Positions 47,328 to 55,389 are shown, counted from the first letter of the stretch. The stretch: 57,630 nt of DNA from a virus (IMGVR_UViG_3300028045_000016:1-57630); one strand, 5' to 3'. Made by a program: numbers and translations. Notes: generated by a model from the sequence alone, not told the origin.

Positions 47328-48263
47328 TTATTCCTGCAGGTAGGCAACTACTTTTGTAGCTTGTTGCATCGCATAAACACATTCCTGTGGTTTATCTGAT
47401 AGGTTCTTGCACCATCCTTTGATATAGGCTTGGCTATTACCACCACCATCTTTTGGATTCAATCCTAACAACCCAACCAAGTACCAAGATGATATCTCAG
47501 CAACTAACTCTTCCTTAGCATAAGAATTGTCACCCCAAAAAGAAATCTCAGTCATAGACTTTCTATTCAATCTTGACTTGTGACCGGTGCTATGTGCCAA
47601 CTCGTGAAACAATGTCTTGTAGTAGCTATCAGCATCAATGAACGTTTCTAACATTGGCATATTCACAATGTCTTTTGATGGTGAGTAAAATGCTGAGTTT
47701 TCTCTGTGGGTTATCTTGAACCCGTTTTGCTTAGATACATAGTTACTTACTAATTCCTCAGCAACTTGGTTAGGTTCGTTAACTACATCAGATACAACCT
47801 CGTCTTTCACCATTGGTGAGATGCCTTCTGTTTGTGATACATTGAACACCTTGTAAAATCTTACAGAGAAAGTCTTTCTGTATCTATCTTTCCCGTCAGC
47901 CATTTTCTCACTTGGATTGATTCTAGCAATCATATTGGCAGGTACAAATTTACCGGTTTGATTGTCGAAGTAACCTATCTGCCAAAAGTATACTTCAGTA
48001 GATTTGCTACCCTTTAAAACTTTACCACCTGCAGCACTAATCTGTTTGAACGTCATCCATTGGTTGTGTTCCCAATCCATTTCACGCATTACACAATTCA
48101 ATAAAAAGATATTGAACCCGTTGTAGTATCTCTTGGTTTGTAGGTTGAATGGTGCATTCTCATTGCCACCTTTCCAAGGCTTGAACCATTGCATTCCTTC
48201 TTTCTCTAATCCCTTGATAACTAGGTCGTTAATTCTAGCAAATACGTCATTTTGATTTTTCAT
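47328..48263 (-). CDS. ardC: ArdC-family antirestriction protein (ssDNA-binding domain plus zincin metallopeptidase)
   Basis: WFKPW, YNGFN, WMTFKQ..GGKVLKGSKS, VFNVSQ, AFYSP, FHELAHSTGHKSRLNR, YAKEELVAE. Confidence 0.9.
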   Translation of the reverse strand: MKNQNDVFARINDLVIKGLEKEGMQWFKPWKGGNENAPFNLQTKRYYNGFNIFLLNCVMREMDWEHNQWMTFKQISAAGGKVLKGSKSTEVYFWQIGYFDNQTGKFVPANMIARINPSEKMADGKDRYRKTFSVRFYKVFNVSQTEGISPMVKDEVVSDVVNEPNQVAEELVSNYVSKQNGFKITHRENSAFYSPSKDIVNMPMLETFIDADSYYKTLFHELAHSTGHKSRLNRKSMTEISFWGDNSYAKEELVAEISSWYLVGLLGLNPKDGGGNSQAYIKGWCKNLSDKPQECVYAMQQATKVVAYLQE

Positions 48264-48302
48264 CTCGTTTAATTTAAGTTTATATAATTATTAATTAGAT
48301 TA

Positions 48303-48316
48303 CAAATTTAGTCTAA
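48303..48316 (-). promoter_or_regulatory. Early promoter TTAGAC-TAAATTTG upstream of ardC
   Basis: TAnnTTTG on the minus strand ~40 nt upstream of the ATG. Confidence 0.65.
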
Positions 48317-48485
48317 ATCTTTTAATAAACAACTATAATTTTCATTTTATTTCACAATTAGTTTTAACTCGCTGAAGTTCAGTAAGTTACACGGGTCTAA
48401 ATTACGTTCTTTTGTTTAGCCTATAAAACAACCCGTCAGAGGCTACCCCTTACCTCTCTTTATTTCAATATACTTTACCCCTTGT

Positions 48486-48511
48486 GGGGGTGGGGTGGGG
48501 TCATACAGGGG
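48486..48511 (+). other. Potential G-quadruplex
   Basis: GGGGG-T-GGGG-T-GGGG-TCATACA-GGGG. Confidence 0.6.
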
Positions 48512-48738
48512 ATATGTGGACGGATGGAAGGATAACAGGTACACAGGACCGGTGGTCCGGGGTTTAATGTAGATGGCAGCAGGTCAATATGGAAAGTCAA
48601 ATAAAAACCTAGAAAATCCTGCAGGGAAATTCAAAATCAAAGGGGTCCCCAATCAAAAAAAATCGGTTTCCTTTTTTGCAAAACGTAGGCAGCACCCTAT
48701 ATAACCTTTTGGTTACATATATCTAATAAAAATTTTTG

Positions 48739-48746
48739 TATCTTTG
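48739..48746 (+). promoter_or_regulatory. -7 promoter element (TATCTTTG)
   Basis: Upstream of ORF 48764. Confidence 0.6.
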
Positions 48747-48763
48747 TCTTAAACACAAACGAT

Positions 48764-48958
48764 ATGAAAGCAAAGTTTCAAAGTATGGGTGGACTAACCG
48801 TAAAGGATGGTAGACTCATTAACGATAGACCCAACGGTATTACAGGTATTGCACAAGCTGCACAATTAAAGAAGTCATCATATAGAGCCAAGAAGGTAGA
48901 TATGATGGCAGACGGTATTGAGTTAGCTGAAGGCAGAAAGAACTTCTACAGAATGTAG
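48764..48958 (+). CDS. Hypothetical protein (monocistronic)
   Basis: 64 aa with its own promoter and terminator. Confidence 0.65.
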   Translation: MKAKFQSMGGLTVKDGRLINDRPNGITGIAQAAQLKKSSYRAKKVDMMADGIELAEGRKNFYRM

Positions 48959-48989
48959 TTGATTTTGATTTGATTGATTGATAGGAAGG

Positions 48990-49020
48990 AGAGGAGCATA
49001 ATATGTTCCTCTTTTTTTTT
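48990..49020 (+). terminator. Rho-independent terminator
   Basis: AGAGGAGCAT-AAT-ATGTTCCTCT followed by a T run. Confidence 0.8.
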
Positions 49021-49021
49021 G

Positions 49022-49095
49022 TACCCCCTTCAGGACTCGAACCTGAAACCTACACATTAGAAGTGTGTTGCTCTATCCAATTGAGCTAAGAGGGC
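49022..49095 (-). tRNA. tRNA-Arg (anticodon TCT), no encoded CCA
   Basis: Acceptor GCCCTCT/AGGGGGT, D stem GCTC/GAGC, anticodon arm ACACA-CTTCTAA-TGTGT, T arm TCAGG-TTCGAGT-CCTGA. Confidence 0.93.
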
Positions 49096-49117
49096 AAGTG
49101 TTATCTTTTAATATATC

Positions 49118-49190
49118 CGTGTTGATTCTGTGTTGATTTTAAAAAGGTAAGTTATTGATAATCAGTAGTTGTGTTAATTATGTTGATTTT
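49118..49190. repeat. Iteron-like element copy 2
   Basis: Repeats at 49118, 49129, 49170 and 49180, IHF-like TAAGTTATTGATA at 49148, same offsets as copy 1. Confidence 0.75.
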
Positions 49191-49328
49191 AAATCCAAAA
49201 CACTAAGGGTTAATATTTAATCTACCTGTTATATCTACTACTACTATAAGGCGATGTAATAAACAACATATCAATTTAGACGAAAGTTATACATTAGCTT
49301 TTACTGAGGCTAAGATAAATATAATTAG

Positions 49329-49336
49329 TATCTTTG
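49329..49336 (+). promoter_or_regulatory. -7 promoter element (TATCTTTG)
   Basis: Upstream of groEL. Confidence 0.65.
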
Positions 49337-49359
49337 TCAAAACTTTAATTTAATATATT

Positions 49360-50943
49360 ATGTCAGAACTAGGATACACCCCTAAGAATCTATTGTTCGA
49401 CCAAGAGGGCAGACTAAAGCTTTCTAACGGAATCGAGAAAATAGCTAAAGCAGTTAAGTCAACTTTAGGTCCGGCAGGACAAACAGTATTAATTGAATCT
49501 CCACAACACACCCACGGAATCACAGTAACTAAGGACGGAGTAACAGTAGCTAAGTCTATTGCTTTGCTCGACCCTACTGAACATCTTGCCGTAAGAATTA
49601 TGCAAGAAGCTGCAGAAAAGACTGCAACAAGTGCAGGTGACGGAACAACAACTGCTATTGTTTTAACTGAAGCTTTAATAAAAGCAGGGAACAGACTTAT
49701 AAAAAATAACAAGACACAAGTCTTGAGGGACCTTGCTAGTGATACCAACTTAATTGTTTCTAACCTGAAGGCTAAAGCCAAGCAAGTTTCTAATAAGATG
49801 TTAGCTGACGTAGCATCCATATCTGCAAACAACGACAAAGATTTAGGTGATATTATATCAGAGGTGTATACCAAAGTAGGAAAGCACGGAATCGTTGCAG
49901 TTGATAAGTCAGAGACTTCAGAAACATATTATGATTATACTAATGGATTGAAAGTAGACAGAGGATACCAATCTCCATTATTCGTAAACAATCAAAAGAA
50001 AGATGAATGTATCTTAGAGGATGTACATATTTTAGTTAGTGATGCATCAATTGACAACATTCTTAATATTGAAAATATATTAAAGCCTGTTATACAGGAA
50101 GGTAAGAAATTACTAATCATTGCTCCAACCTCAACCAACGTAGTTAATACTTTAGCTGCTAACGTTATGAAAAACGGATTAAAGATTTGTACGGTACCCC
50201 CACCAAACTTTGGATATAAGCAACACGAACTTATGCAAGACATTGCTATTAGTGTTAACGCTACATACTTTAGTGAAAAGACGGGAGACGATTTAAGCTT
50301 GATGACAGTAAACGATTTGGGTCACGCTGCCAAGGTGATAGTTGGTCGTGACTCAACGGTCATCATTAAAGATAACGAAGAGGATTCTCAGCTTGGGATG
50401 TCTGAGCGTATAAAAGAATTACAGGAGGCTCATAAAAATGCTACTAAGAAACAAGACAAAGAATTTATTTTAAGCAGGATTGCCTCATTGAAAGGTGGTG
50501 TAGGGGTCATCTTTGTTGGTGGTAACACAGACCTTGAGCAGAAAGAATTGTATGACCGTGTTGATGATGCAGTATGTGCAGTACGTTCTGCACTAGAAGA
50601 GGGCATTGTTACCGGAGGTGGTCTTGCTTTATTTAGTGAGAGTTGTAATCTAGATGATTCAACAGTATCAAGTCAAATCTTAAAGGAAGCATTAAAGGCT
50701 CCTATAAACCAAATCATATCAAATGCAGGTTTGGACCCTGAGGAAATAACAGGAGAAAATTTAGTATCGGGTGACTATGGGTATGATGTAAAGAATGGTG
50801 TGTATGGAGATATGTATGATATGGGTATTATAGACCCATTGAAAGTTACAAGGTCTGCATTACAAAACGCAGTATCTGTAGCAACAACGATTTTATCAAC
50901 TAACGCTATTGTAACAATGGCAAGAACATACGAAGACAAATGA
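49360..50943 (+). CDS. groEL: Chaperonin GroEL (Cpn60)
   Basis: TLGPAG, TKDGVTVAK, AGDGTTTA, GIVTGGG, GIIDPLKVTRSALQNA. No GGM tail. Confidence 0.97.
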   Translation: MSELGYTPKNLLFDQEGRLKLSNGIEKIAKAVKSTLGPAGQTVLIESPQHTHGITVTKDGVTVAKSIALLDPTEHLAVRIMQEAAEKTATSAGDGTTTAIVLTEALIKAGNRLIKNNKTQVLRDLASDTNLIVSNLKAKAKQVSNKMLADVASISANNDKDLGDIISEVYTKVGKHGIVAVDKSETSETYYDYTNGLKVDRGYQSPLFVNNQKKDECILEDVHILVSDASIDNILNIENILKPVIQEGKKLLIIAPTSTNVVNTLAANVMKNGLKICTVPPPNFGYKQHELMQDIAISVNATYFSEKTGDDLSLMTVNDLGHAAKVIVGRDSTVIIKDNEEDSQLGMSERIKELQEAHKNATKKQDKEFILSRIASLKGGVGVIFVGGNTDLEQKELYDRVDDAVCAVRSALEEGIVTGGGLALFSESCNLDDSTVSSQILKEALKAPINQIISNAGLDPEEITGENLVSGDYGYDVKNGVYGDMYDMGIIDPLKVTRSALQNAVSVATTILSTNAIVTMARTYEDK

Positions 50944-51041
50944 TAGTAGATGTGATTATAGGAGTAGTGGTAGTAGGTATAGTGTTTGGTGGATTGGTTT
51001 GGAAAATGATTCAAGAAGACAAAAACAAATACGGTGATTAA
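50940..51041 (+). CDS. 33-aa single-TM peptide not in the track
   Basis: MIVDVIIGVVVVGIVFGGLVWKMIQEDKNKYGD, ATGA overlap with the groEL stop. Confidence 0.5.
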   Translation: MIVDVIIGVVVVGIVFGGLVWKMIQEDKNKYGD

Positions 51042-51084
51042 AAAAGAATGGCTCTTTATGGACAAGGCTGAAAAACAAAACACA

Positions 51085-51342
51085 ATGAAACCAATAGGTA
51101 AGTATATTTTAATAAACCCAATCACAGAAGAAATAAAAACCGAGTCAGGTATTTTACTATCTGCTGATGATGTTCAGAACATCAGGTATAGAAAAGCAAG
51201 TGTTGTAGTACCGGGTACAGATGTAGAAAATATTTCTACAGACGATGTAATCTATTATGATTCAAGAGCAGGTTACACAATGATGATTAAAGACAATATG
51301 TATACAGTTATTACTGAGAGGGATGTTGTTGTTGTCGAATAG
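51085..51342 (+). CDS. groES: Co-chaperonin GroES (Cpn10)
   Basis: MKPIGKYILI..KTESGILL mobile loop, ITERDVV. Start reassigned to ATG 51085. Confidence 0.9.
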   Translation: MKPIGKYILINPITEEIKTESGILLSADDVQNIRYRKASVVVPGTDVENISTDDVIYYDSRAGYTMMIKDNMYTVITERDVVVVE

Positions 51343-51739
51343 ACTTGTTTAATTTTTTTATATAATTCCTATACACCTTATCGTTATAGGAAACATTTTT
51401 CAGAAATAGAGGGTTAGAAGATGCACTTTCAGGTATCTCTTGACCCTCTAGTTTTTTATAGATAGAAGTAATTACTCGTTGAGCCTTGTATGATAATTGG
51501 TATACTGCTCTACGATTTCCCTTTCGTTTCCTAAAAGATTCTATCCAACCTTCCTTTCTTAGATTCTCAAATCTATTTTTATCCCAACTTACTAACTCAT
51601 TAAACTCATCAAAGTCGTTCTTGTCAAAATATTTTTCCGTATGTAAGAACAATAAGATGTCTAAGTCTGCTTGGCTTAAACCATACTTCGCTTTAATGAA
51701 GTATCGAATTACTCTCCAATATTTAAGGTAATCAGGCAT
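51311..51739 (-). CDS. Putative winged-helix DNA-binding regulator
   Basis: YGLSQADLDILLFL..LRKEGWIE..RAVYQLS MarR/wHTH-like pattern, lone minus-strand CDS in a plus-strand block. Confidence 0.6.
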   Translation of the reverse strand: MPDYLKYWRVIRYFIKAKYGLSQADLDILLFLHTEKYFDKNDFDEFNELVSWDKNRFENLRKEGWIESFRKRKGNRRAVYQLSYKAQRVITSIYKKLEGQEIPESASSNPLFLKNVSYNDKVYRNYIKKLNKSIRQQQHPSQ

Positions 51740-51753
51740 TCAATTAAATTTAA

Positions 51754-51772
51754 TATCTTTGTATCAAAGATA
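51754..51772. promoter_or_regulatory. Face-to-face overlapping -7 promoter pair
   Basis: TATCTTTG-TAT-CAAAGATA perfect inverted repeat. Confidence 0.7.
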
Positions 51773-51789
51773 ATAATAAATTACATCAT

Positions 51790-52068
51790 ATGAGTTGTGC
51801 AGGATTAAAAGGACAGGAATTAAAAGACTGTCAAGCTAAGTCTAAAAAAAGAAAAGGTGGTTATGAAGATGGTAGTGCTACCAAGAATACAACCGTAGAC
51901 CTTAATTCAATTAACTTTGCAAACAAGGATGTAGTTACTTGGGAAAAGAAAAAAGGTGGTGAAAGAAAAACATCATCAGGTGGTAACCTAGCATTTGGTG
52001 GAGCAAGTTTGAAAGGCTCAAAGATGAGATTACATAGAAAGAAAAACAATAGAAGTAAAAGAGCGTAA
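51790..52068 (+). CDS. Small basic protein (MSCxGLxGxxLKxC family)
   Basis: 92 aa, Lys/Arg-rich. Confidence 0.6.
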   Translation: MSCAGLKGQELKDCQAKSKKRKGGYEDGSATKNTTVDLNSINFANKDVVTWEKKKGGERKTSSGGNLAFGGASLKGSKMRLHRKKNNRSKRA

Positions 52069-52086
52069 AGCAAAAAGATAAACGAT

Positions 52087-52218
52087 ATGGCAAAACTACA
52101 AGAGTATTTTACACAAGCTAACAAATCAATGAAGGGTAAACCTGAAAAGCAGGGACTTCCTTCAAATCAGCAGATTGCAAATAGTGTGTATAAAAAGTGT
52201 GGCAAGAAAAAGAAATAG
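52087..52218 (+). CDS. Small basic protein (43 aa) not in the track
   Basis: MAKLQEYF...YKKCGKKKK fills the gap. Confidence 0.55.
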   Translation: MAKLQEYFTQANKSMKGKPEKQGLPSNQQIANSVYKKCGKKKK

Positions 52219-52221
52219 ACT

Positions 52222-52584
52222 ATGCCTAAAGATGCTTGTTATAAAAAGGTAATGAGGAGTTACGGCAAGTGGTCGGCTCGTGCTGCACAAGCAACTGCTA
52301 AGTGCAGAAAGAAAAAAGGAAAGGTTAGAAAAACTAAAGCAGGTTCTAACTTAAAGAGATGGGGGGAAGAAAAATGGATAGACACCCGTACTAACAAACC
52401 TTGTGGTACAGGAGGTAAGAGTGAATATTGTAGACCATCTAGACGAGTTTCTCGAAAGACACCCGTTACCAAAAAAGAAATGTCAGCTTCTACTTTAAGA
52501 AAAAAACAATCTGAAAAAGCGAGGATTGGTAAACAAGGAGCAGGAGGAAGAAAAGTTAAATCAGTTAGAAGAAAAAGAAAATAA
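52222..52584 (+). CDS. Highly basic Cys-containing protein
   Basis: DACYKKV..WSA, LKRW..EKW, PCG..YCRPSRRVS..TP. Confidence 0.7.
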   Translation: MPKDACYKKVMRSYGKWSARAAQATAKCRKKKGKVRKTKAGSNLKRWGEEKWIDTRTNKPCGTGGKSEYCRPSRRVSRKTPVTKKEMSASTLRKKQSEKARIGKQGAGGRKVKSVRRKRK

Positions 52585-52587
52585 GAT

Positions 52588-52872
52588 ATGAGTTGTAAAG
52601 GATTATCAGGAAGAAAACTAAAAAAATGTATGAAGGCTTATGTGAAGCAATCGACAAGGCAGTTCCCTACATTTAATCAAGCTACAGATACTGTAAGTAC
52701 TACAATCGCTTCTAACTCTGTAAATGGTGTAAGGTTTATGAGAGAAAAAACTCGCAATCCTAAAATAAAAAAAGAATTAAAAAATTCTATTTCAACACCT
52801 CTGCTTGTAAAAGCAAATGATAAAAACGATAGACATCCTTATAAATTAAAAACACATAGAAAAAAGAAGTAG
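52588..52872 (+). CDS. Small basic protein (MSCxGLxGxxLKxC family)
   Basis: 94 aa, Lys-rich. Confidence 0.6.
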   Translation: MSCKGLSGRKLKKCMKAYVKQSTRQFPTFNQATDTVSTTIASNSVNGVRFMREKTRNPKIKKELKNSISTPLLVKANDKNDRHPYKLKTHRKKK

Positions 52873-52873
52873 T

Positions 52874-53206
52874 ATGTCCAAGAAGAAAATAGGAGATGGC
52901 AAGACTATAGTTACAACTGCTACTATAAAGAAAGTAAAGAACGAGAATAGTAGTCGTAAAAGTAGAGCAACCTTTGAATCAGACAACAGGATATCAAAGA
53001 AGGTAACTAAGAACGATAAAGTAAAAAGAAAATCTGCCACCCTTCAAGATGATGGTAGTTTGGTTATCGCAACAAATAGTTCTTCTAATCCTGCAGGGAG
53101 AACAAGAACAATAAGAAATAAAAAACGAGCAGCAAAAAAATTAGCTAATATGACTGAAAGGTTTAATAAGCAGCAAAATCGTTTTAATAAAAGAGCAGAA
53201 TCATAA
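52874..53206 (+). CDS. Small basic protein
   Basis: 110 aa, Lys/Arg-rich. Confidence 0.6.
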   Translation: MSKKKIGDGKTIVTTATIKKVKNENSSRKSRATFESDNRISKKVTKNDKVKRKSATLQDDGSLVIATNSSSNPAGRTRTIRNKKRAAKKLANMTERFNKQQNRFNKRAES

Positions 53207-53496
53207 TGGCTGATAAGAGCAAAATGAAATGTAATGTCGTAAGAAGAAGCGACAGAGCAGGAAAAAAGAAAATGGTTAAAGCTTGTGCAGGTGGAAAAGA
53301 AAAGCTAATCCACTTTGGTGCAAAGGGTTACGGTCATAATTATTCTGCTGCTGCTAGAAAATCATTTAAGGCTCGTCATAAGTGTGGAACTGCTAAGTCT
53401 AAATTGACTGCTAGGTATTGGTCCTGCAAGAAACTATGGGCAGGTTCAGGGGGTAGTACAAAATCATCCCCTAAAAATAGACAAGGAAAATATTAG
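53206..53496 (+). CDS. Small basic protein with HFG..RH.C..ARYWS motif
   Basis: 96 aa, a pattern I recognise from small basic phage proteins. Confidence 0.7.
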   Translation: MADKSKMKCNVVRRSDRAGKKKMVKACAGGKEKLIHFGAKGYGHNYSAAARKSFKARHKCGTAKSKLTARYWSCKKLWAGSGGSTKSSPKNRQGKY

Positions 53497-53518
53497 TATA
53501 TTTGTAAAAAATAAAGTT

Positions 53519-53659
53519 ATGGGTAAACTCTTTGTGAGAATTGGATTGTGGATGCAATCAGTATGGTGTAAGTTTCAATGTCAATGGAATTGGTTAGTCT
53601 CTAAACTAATGTTTAGTGTTGCTACCTGCCCTAACAAATTATGTACTTGTAAAAAATAA
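53519..53659 (+). CDS. 46-aa Cys/Trp-rich peptide not in the track
   Basis: MGKLFVRIGLWMQSVWCKFQCQWNW..CPNKLCTCKK, with a TATATTTG promoter at 53497-53504. Confidence 0.55.
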   Translation: MGKLFVRIGLWMQSVWCKFQCQWNWLVSKLMFSVATCPNKLCTCKK

Positions 53660-53665
53660 AATCAA

Positions 53666-53821
53666 ATGAAATCAAAAGGACTAGGAGATACAGTAGAAAA
53701 AATAACTAAAGCAACAGGAATCAAAGCAGTCGTTGAGGCAGGAGCAAAAATCTTAAACAAAGATTGTGGTTGTTCAGAAAGGAAGGCTATGTTAAACAAC
53801 AAGTTTCCTTATAAAAAATAA
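53666..53821 (+). CDS. 51-aa protein not in the track
   Basis: MKSKGLGDTVEKITKATGIK..DCGCSERK..LN..FPY. Confidence 0.7.
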   Translation: MKSKGLGDTVEKITKATGIKAVVEAGAKILNKDCGCSERKAMLNNKFPYKK

Positions 53822-53827
53822 AAGATT

Positions 53828-54319
53828 ATGGCACAAAATATTATTCAAGGTAGACTCGCAGTAGAAGCATACCTTTCAGACAACGCAAACATTCCTTTCC
53901 CTGCAGTAAATGCGAAGGGAGATGTTTCAGAAACGAAGGTTAACTACTTGGTTGACAACTCGGGAACTTTCAAAGTAAGCAGAGCAAGAACAGGTGATAT
54001 CGTTTATAATGTAACTTTGGGAACCTCAGCTACAGTTATTGATGTTGAAGCCGAGACCGATTTACTATTGAATGACAATATCTTTACTGCAGTTGGACAA
54101 GAATATATTGTGTATAGTGCGAGTTCTGTAGATGATTTACAAAATGCAAACAATGGTTGTGTTTTATATGTAGGTTCTACAGGCGATTTAGAGGTAACAC
54201 CTTTAGGTCAAGATAGTCCTATTGTATTTAAGTCAGTTCCTGTAGGGTTTTTCCCGGTACAGGTAATTAAAGTATGGGTAAAGAACACTACTGCATCAGA
54301 AATCATAGCACTTTGGTAA
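53828..54319 (+). CDS. Putative virion structural protein
   Basis: 163 aa, beta-rich, LYVG..GDL.V..F..VP.GFFPVQV..V..T.A..IIALW. Confidence 0.6.
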   Translation: MAQNIIQGRLAVEAYLSDNANIPFPAVNAKGDVSETKVNYLVDNSGTFKVSRARTGDIVYNVTLGTSATVIDVEAETDLLLNDNIFTAVGQEYIVYSASSVDDLQNANNGCVLYVGSTGDLEVTPLGQDSPIVFKSVPVGFFPVQVIKVWVKNTTASEIIALW

Positions 54320-54420
54320 TGAAAATAACAATAGGCATAACAATAAAGATATGAAGAATTATTGGGTACATACCACCACATTTGGAGACCTAGAGATTAT
54401 TTATAAATTAATAAATAAAG

Positions 54421-54603
54421 ATGAATAATTGGATGGCAGACATTAAAATGTACCTATTAAACATAGGCACCCTTGCGATATCAATGTCGCAAATAGATAT
54501 GATATTAAAAATCACTTTGCTTTGTTTGTCGGTGGGGTACACGGCACAACGTTGGTACTTGCTAGACAAGGAACGCAGAAAGAATAATGAGAACGATAAG
54601 TAA
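54421..54603 (+). CDS. Putative holin or small membrane protein
   Basis: 60 aa, hydrophobic with a charged tail, directly upstream of the amidase. Confidence 0.55.
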   Translation: MNNWMADIKMYLLNIGTLAISMSQIDMILKITLLCLSVGYTAQRWYLLDKERRKNNENDK

Positions 54604-54997
54604 AATAATTATTCATTGTTCGGCTACTAGAGAGGGACAGGATATAACTTTAGACACCATAAGAAAATGGCACGTTGATGGTAGGGGATGGTCAGACATC
54701 GGTTACCATTTTTTGGTTATGCTAGATGGTAGTGTAAAAGTTGGAAGACCAATCGTTAGAGGTGGTGCTCACACAAAAGGAGAAAACAAATTTTCAATAG
54801 GAGTTTGTTATGTGGGTGGAGTAGATGAAGACCTTTGTCCAAAAGACACTAGAACAGATAGTCAAAAATTATCTTTAAAAAATTTAATGGTAACGTTAAA
54901 GGAAATATATCCTGAAGCAACCATACACGGACATAGAGATTTTTCCTCAAAGGCTTGTCCAAGTTTTGATGCAACAAAAGAATACAAACATATATGA
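54587..54997 (+). CDS. N-acetylmuramoyl-L-alanine amidase endolysin (Amidase_2, T7 lysozyme-like)
   Basis: IIIHCSAT, GWSDIGYH, GAH, SIGVCYVGG, GHRDF..KACPSF. Confidence 0.95.
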   Translation: MRTISKIIIHCSATREGQDITLDTIRKWHVDGRGWSDIGYHFLVMLDGSVKVGRPIVRGGAHTKGENKFSIGVCYVGGVDEDLCPKDTRTDSQKLSLKNLMVTLKEIYPEATIHGHRDFSSKACPSFDATKEYKHI

Positions 54998-55389
54998 AAA
55001 AAATAATTGAATGGTTCGGGGGTAGTGTAGTAAAAGATTTAATGTCAGGTCTTGATAAACTATTTACATCAAAGGAGGAAAAAATTCTAGCTGAGAATGC
55101 TATAAAACAAATTCTTATTCAAAAGCAATTAGAGTTGCAGAAAATGCAAACTGAAATCATAGTTACGGAAGCAAAAGGTAATTGGCTTCAAAGAAGTTGG
55201 AGACCTATCTTAATGTTAGCTTTTGGTTTTATAGTTATTTATGTAAAGTTCATAGCACCATTATTTGATTTAAGAATTCCGGAGTTAGAAAATGAATTTT
55301 GGAATCTACTACAAATAGGTATTGGTGGTTATGTTATAGGTAGAAGTGGGGAAAAAATGGTACGGTCATACTCAGAGTCTAAAAAATAA
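54994..55389 (+). CDS. Holin (3TM, GTA-holin-like)
   Basis: TSKEEK, WLQRSWRP, TM segments, GGYVIGRSGEK. Confidence 0.8.
   Translation: MKKIIEWFGGSVVKDLMSGLDKLFTSKEEKILAENAIKQILIQKQLELQKMQTEIIVTEAKGNWLQRSWRPILMLAFGFIVIYVKFIAPLFDLRIPELENEFWNLLQIGIGGYVIGRSGEKMVRSYSESKK

Noticed and set aside
48959-48982. TGAT microsatellite-like run
   Set aside because: Short and low-complexity. It resembles the reverse complement of ordinary AATCA-rich leaders.
49022-49095. tRNA as attP/prophage boundary or suppressor tRNA
   Set aside because: No integrase or host genes are visible, and the anticodon is TCT (Arg).
49350-49874. 174-aa ORF antisense to groEL
   Set aside because: A typical antisense shadow ORF of a chaperonin gene, with no independent signals.
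54319-54428. 11-aa and 25-aa micro-ORFs before the lysis cassette
   Set aside because: Too short to support from sequence alone; possibly gene remnants.
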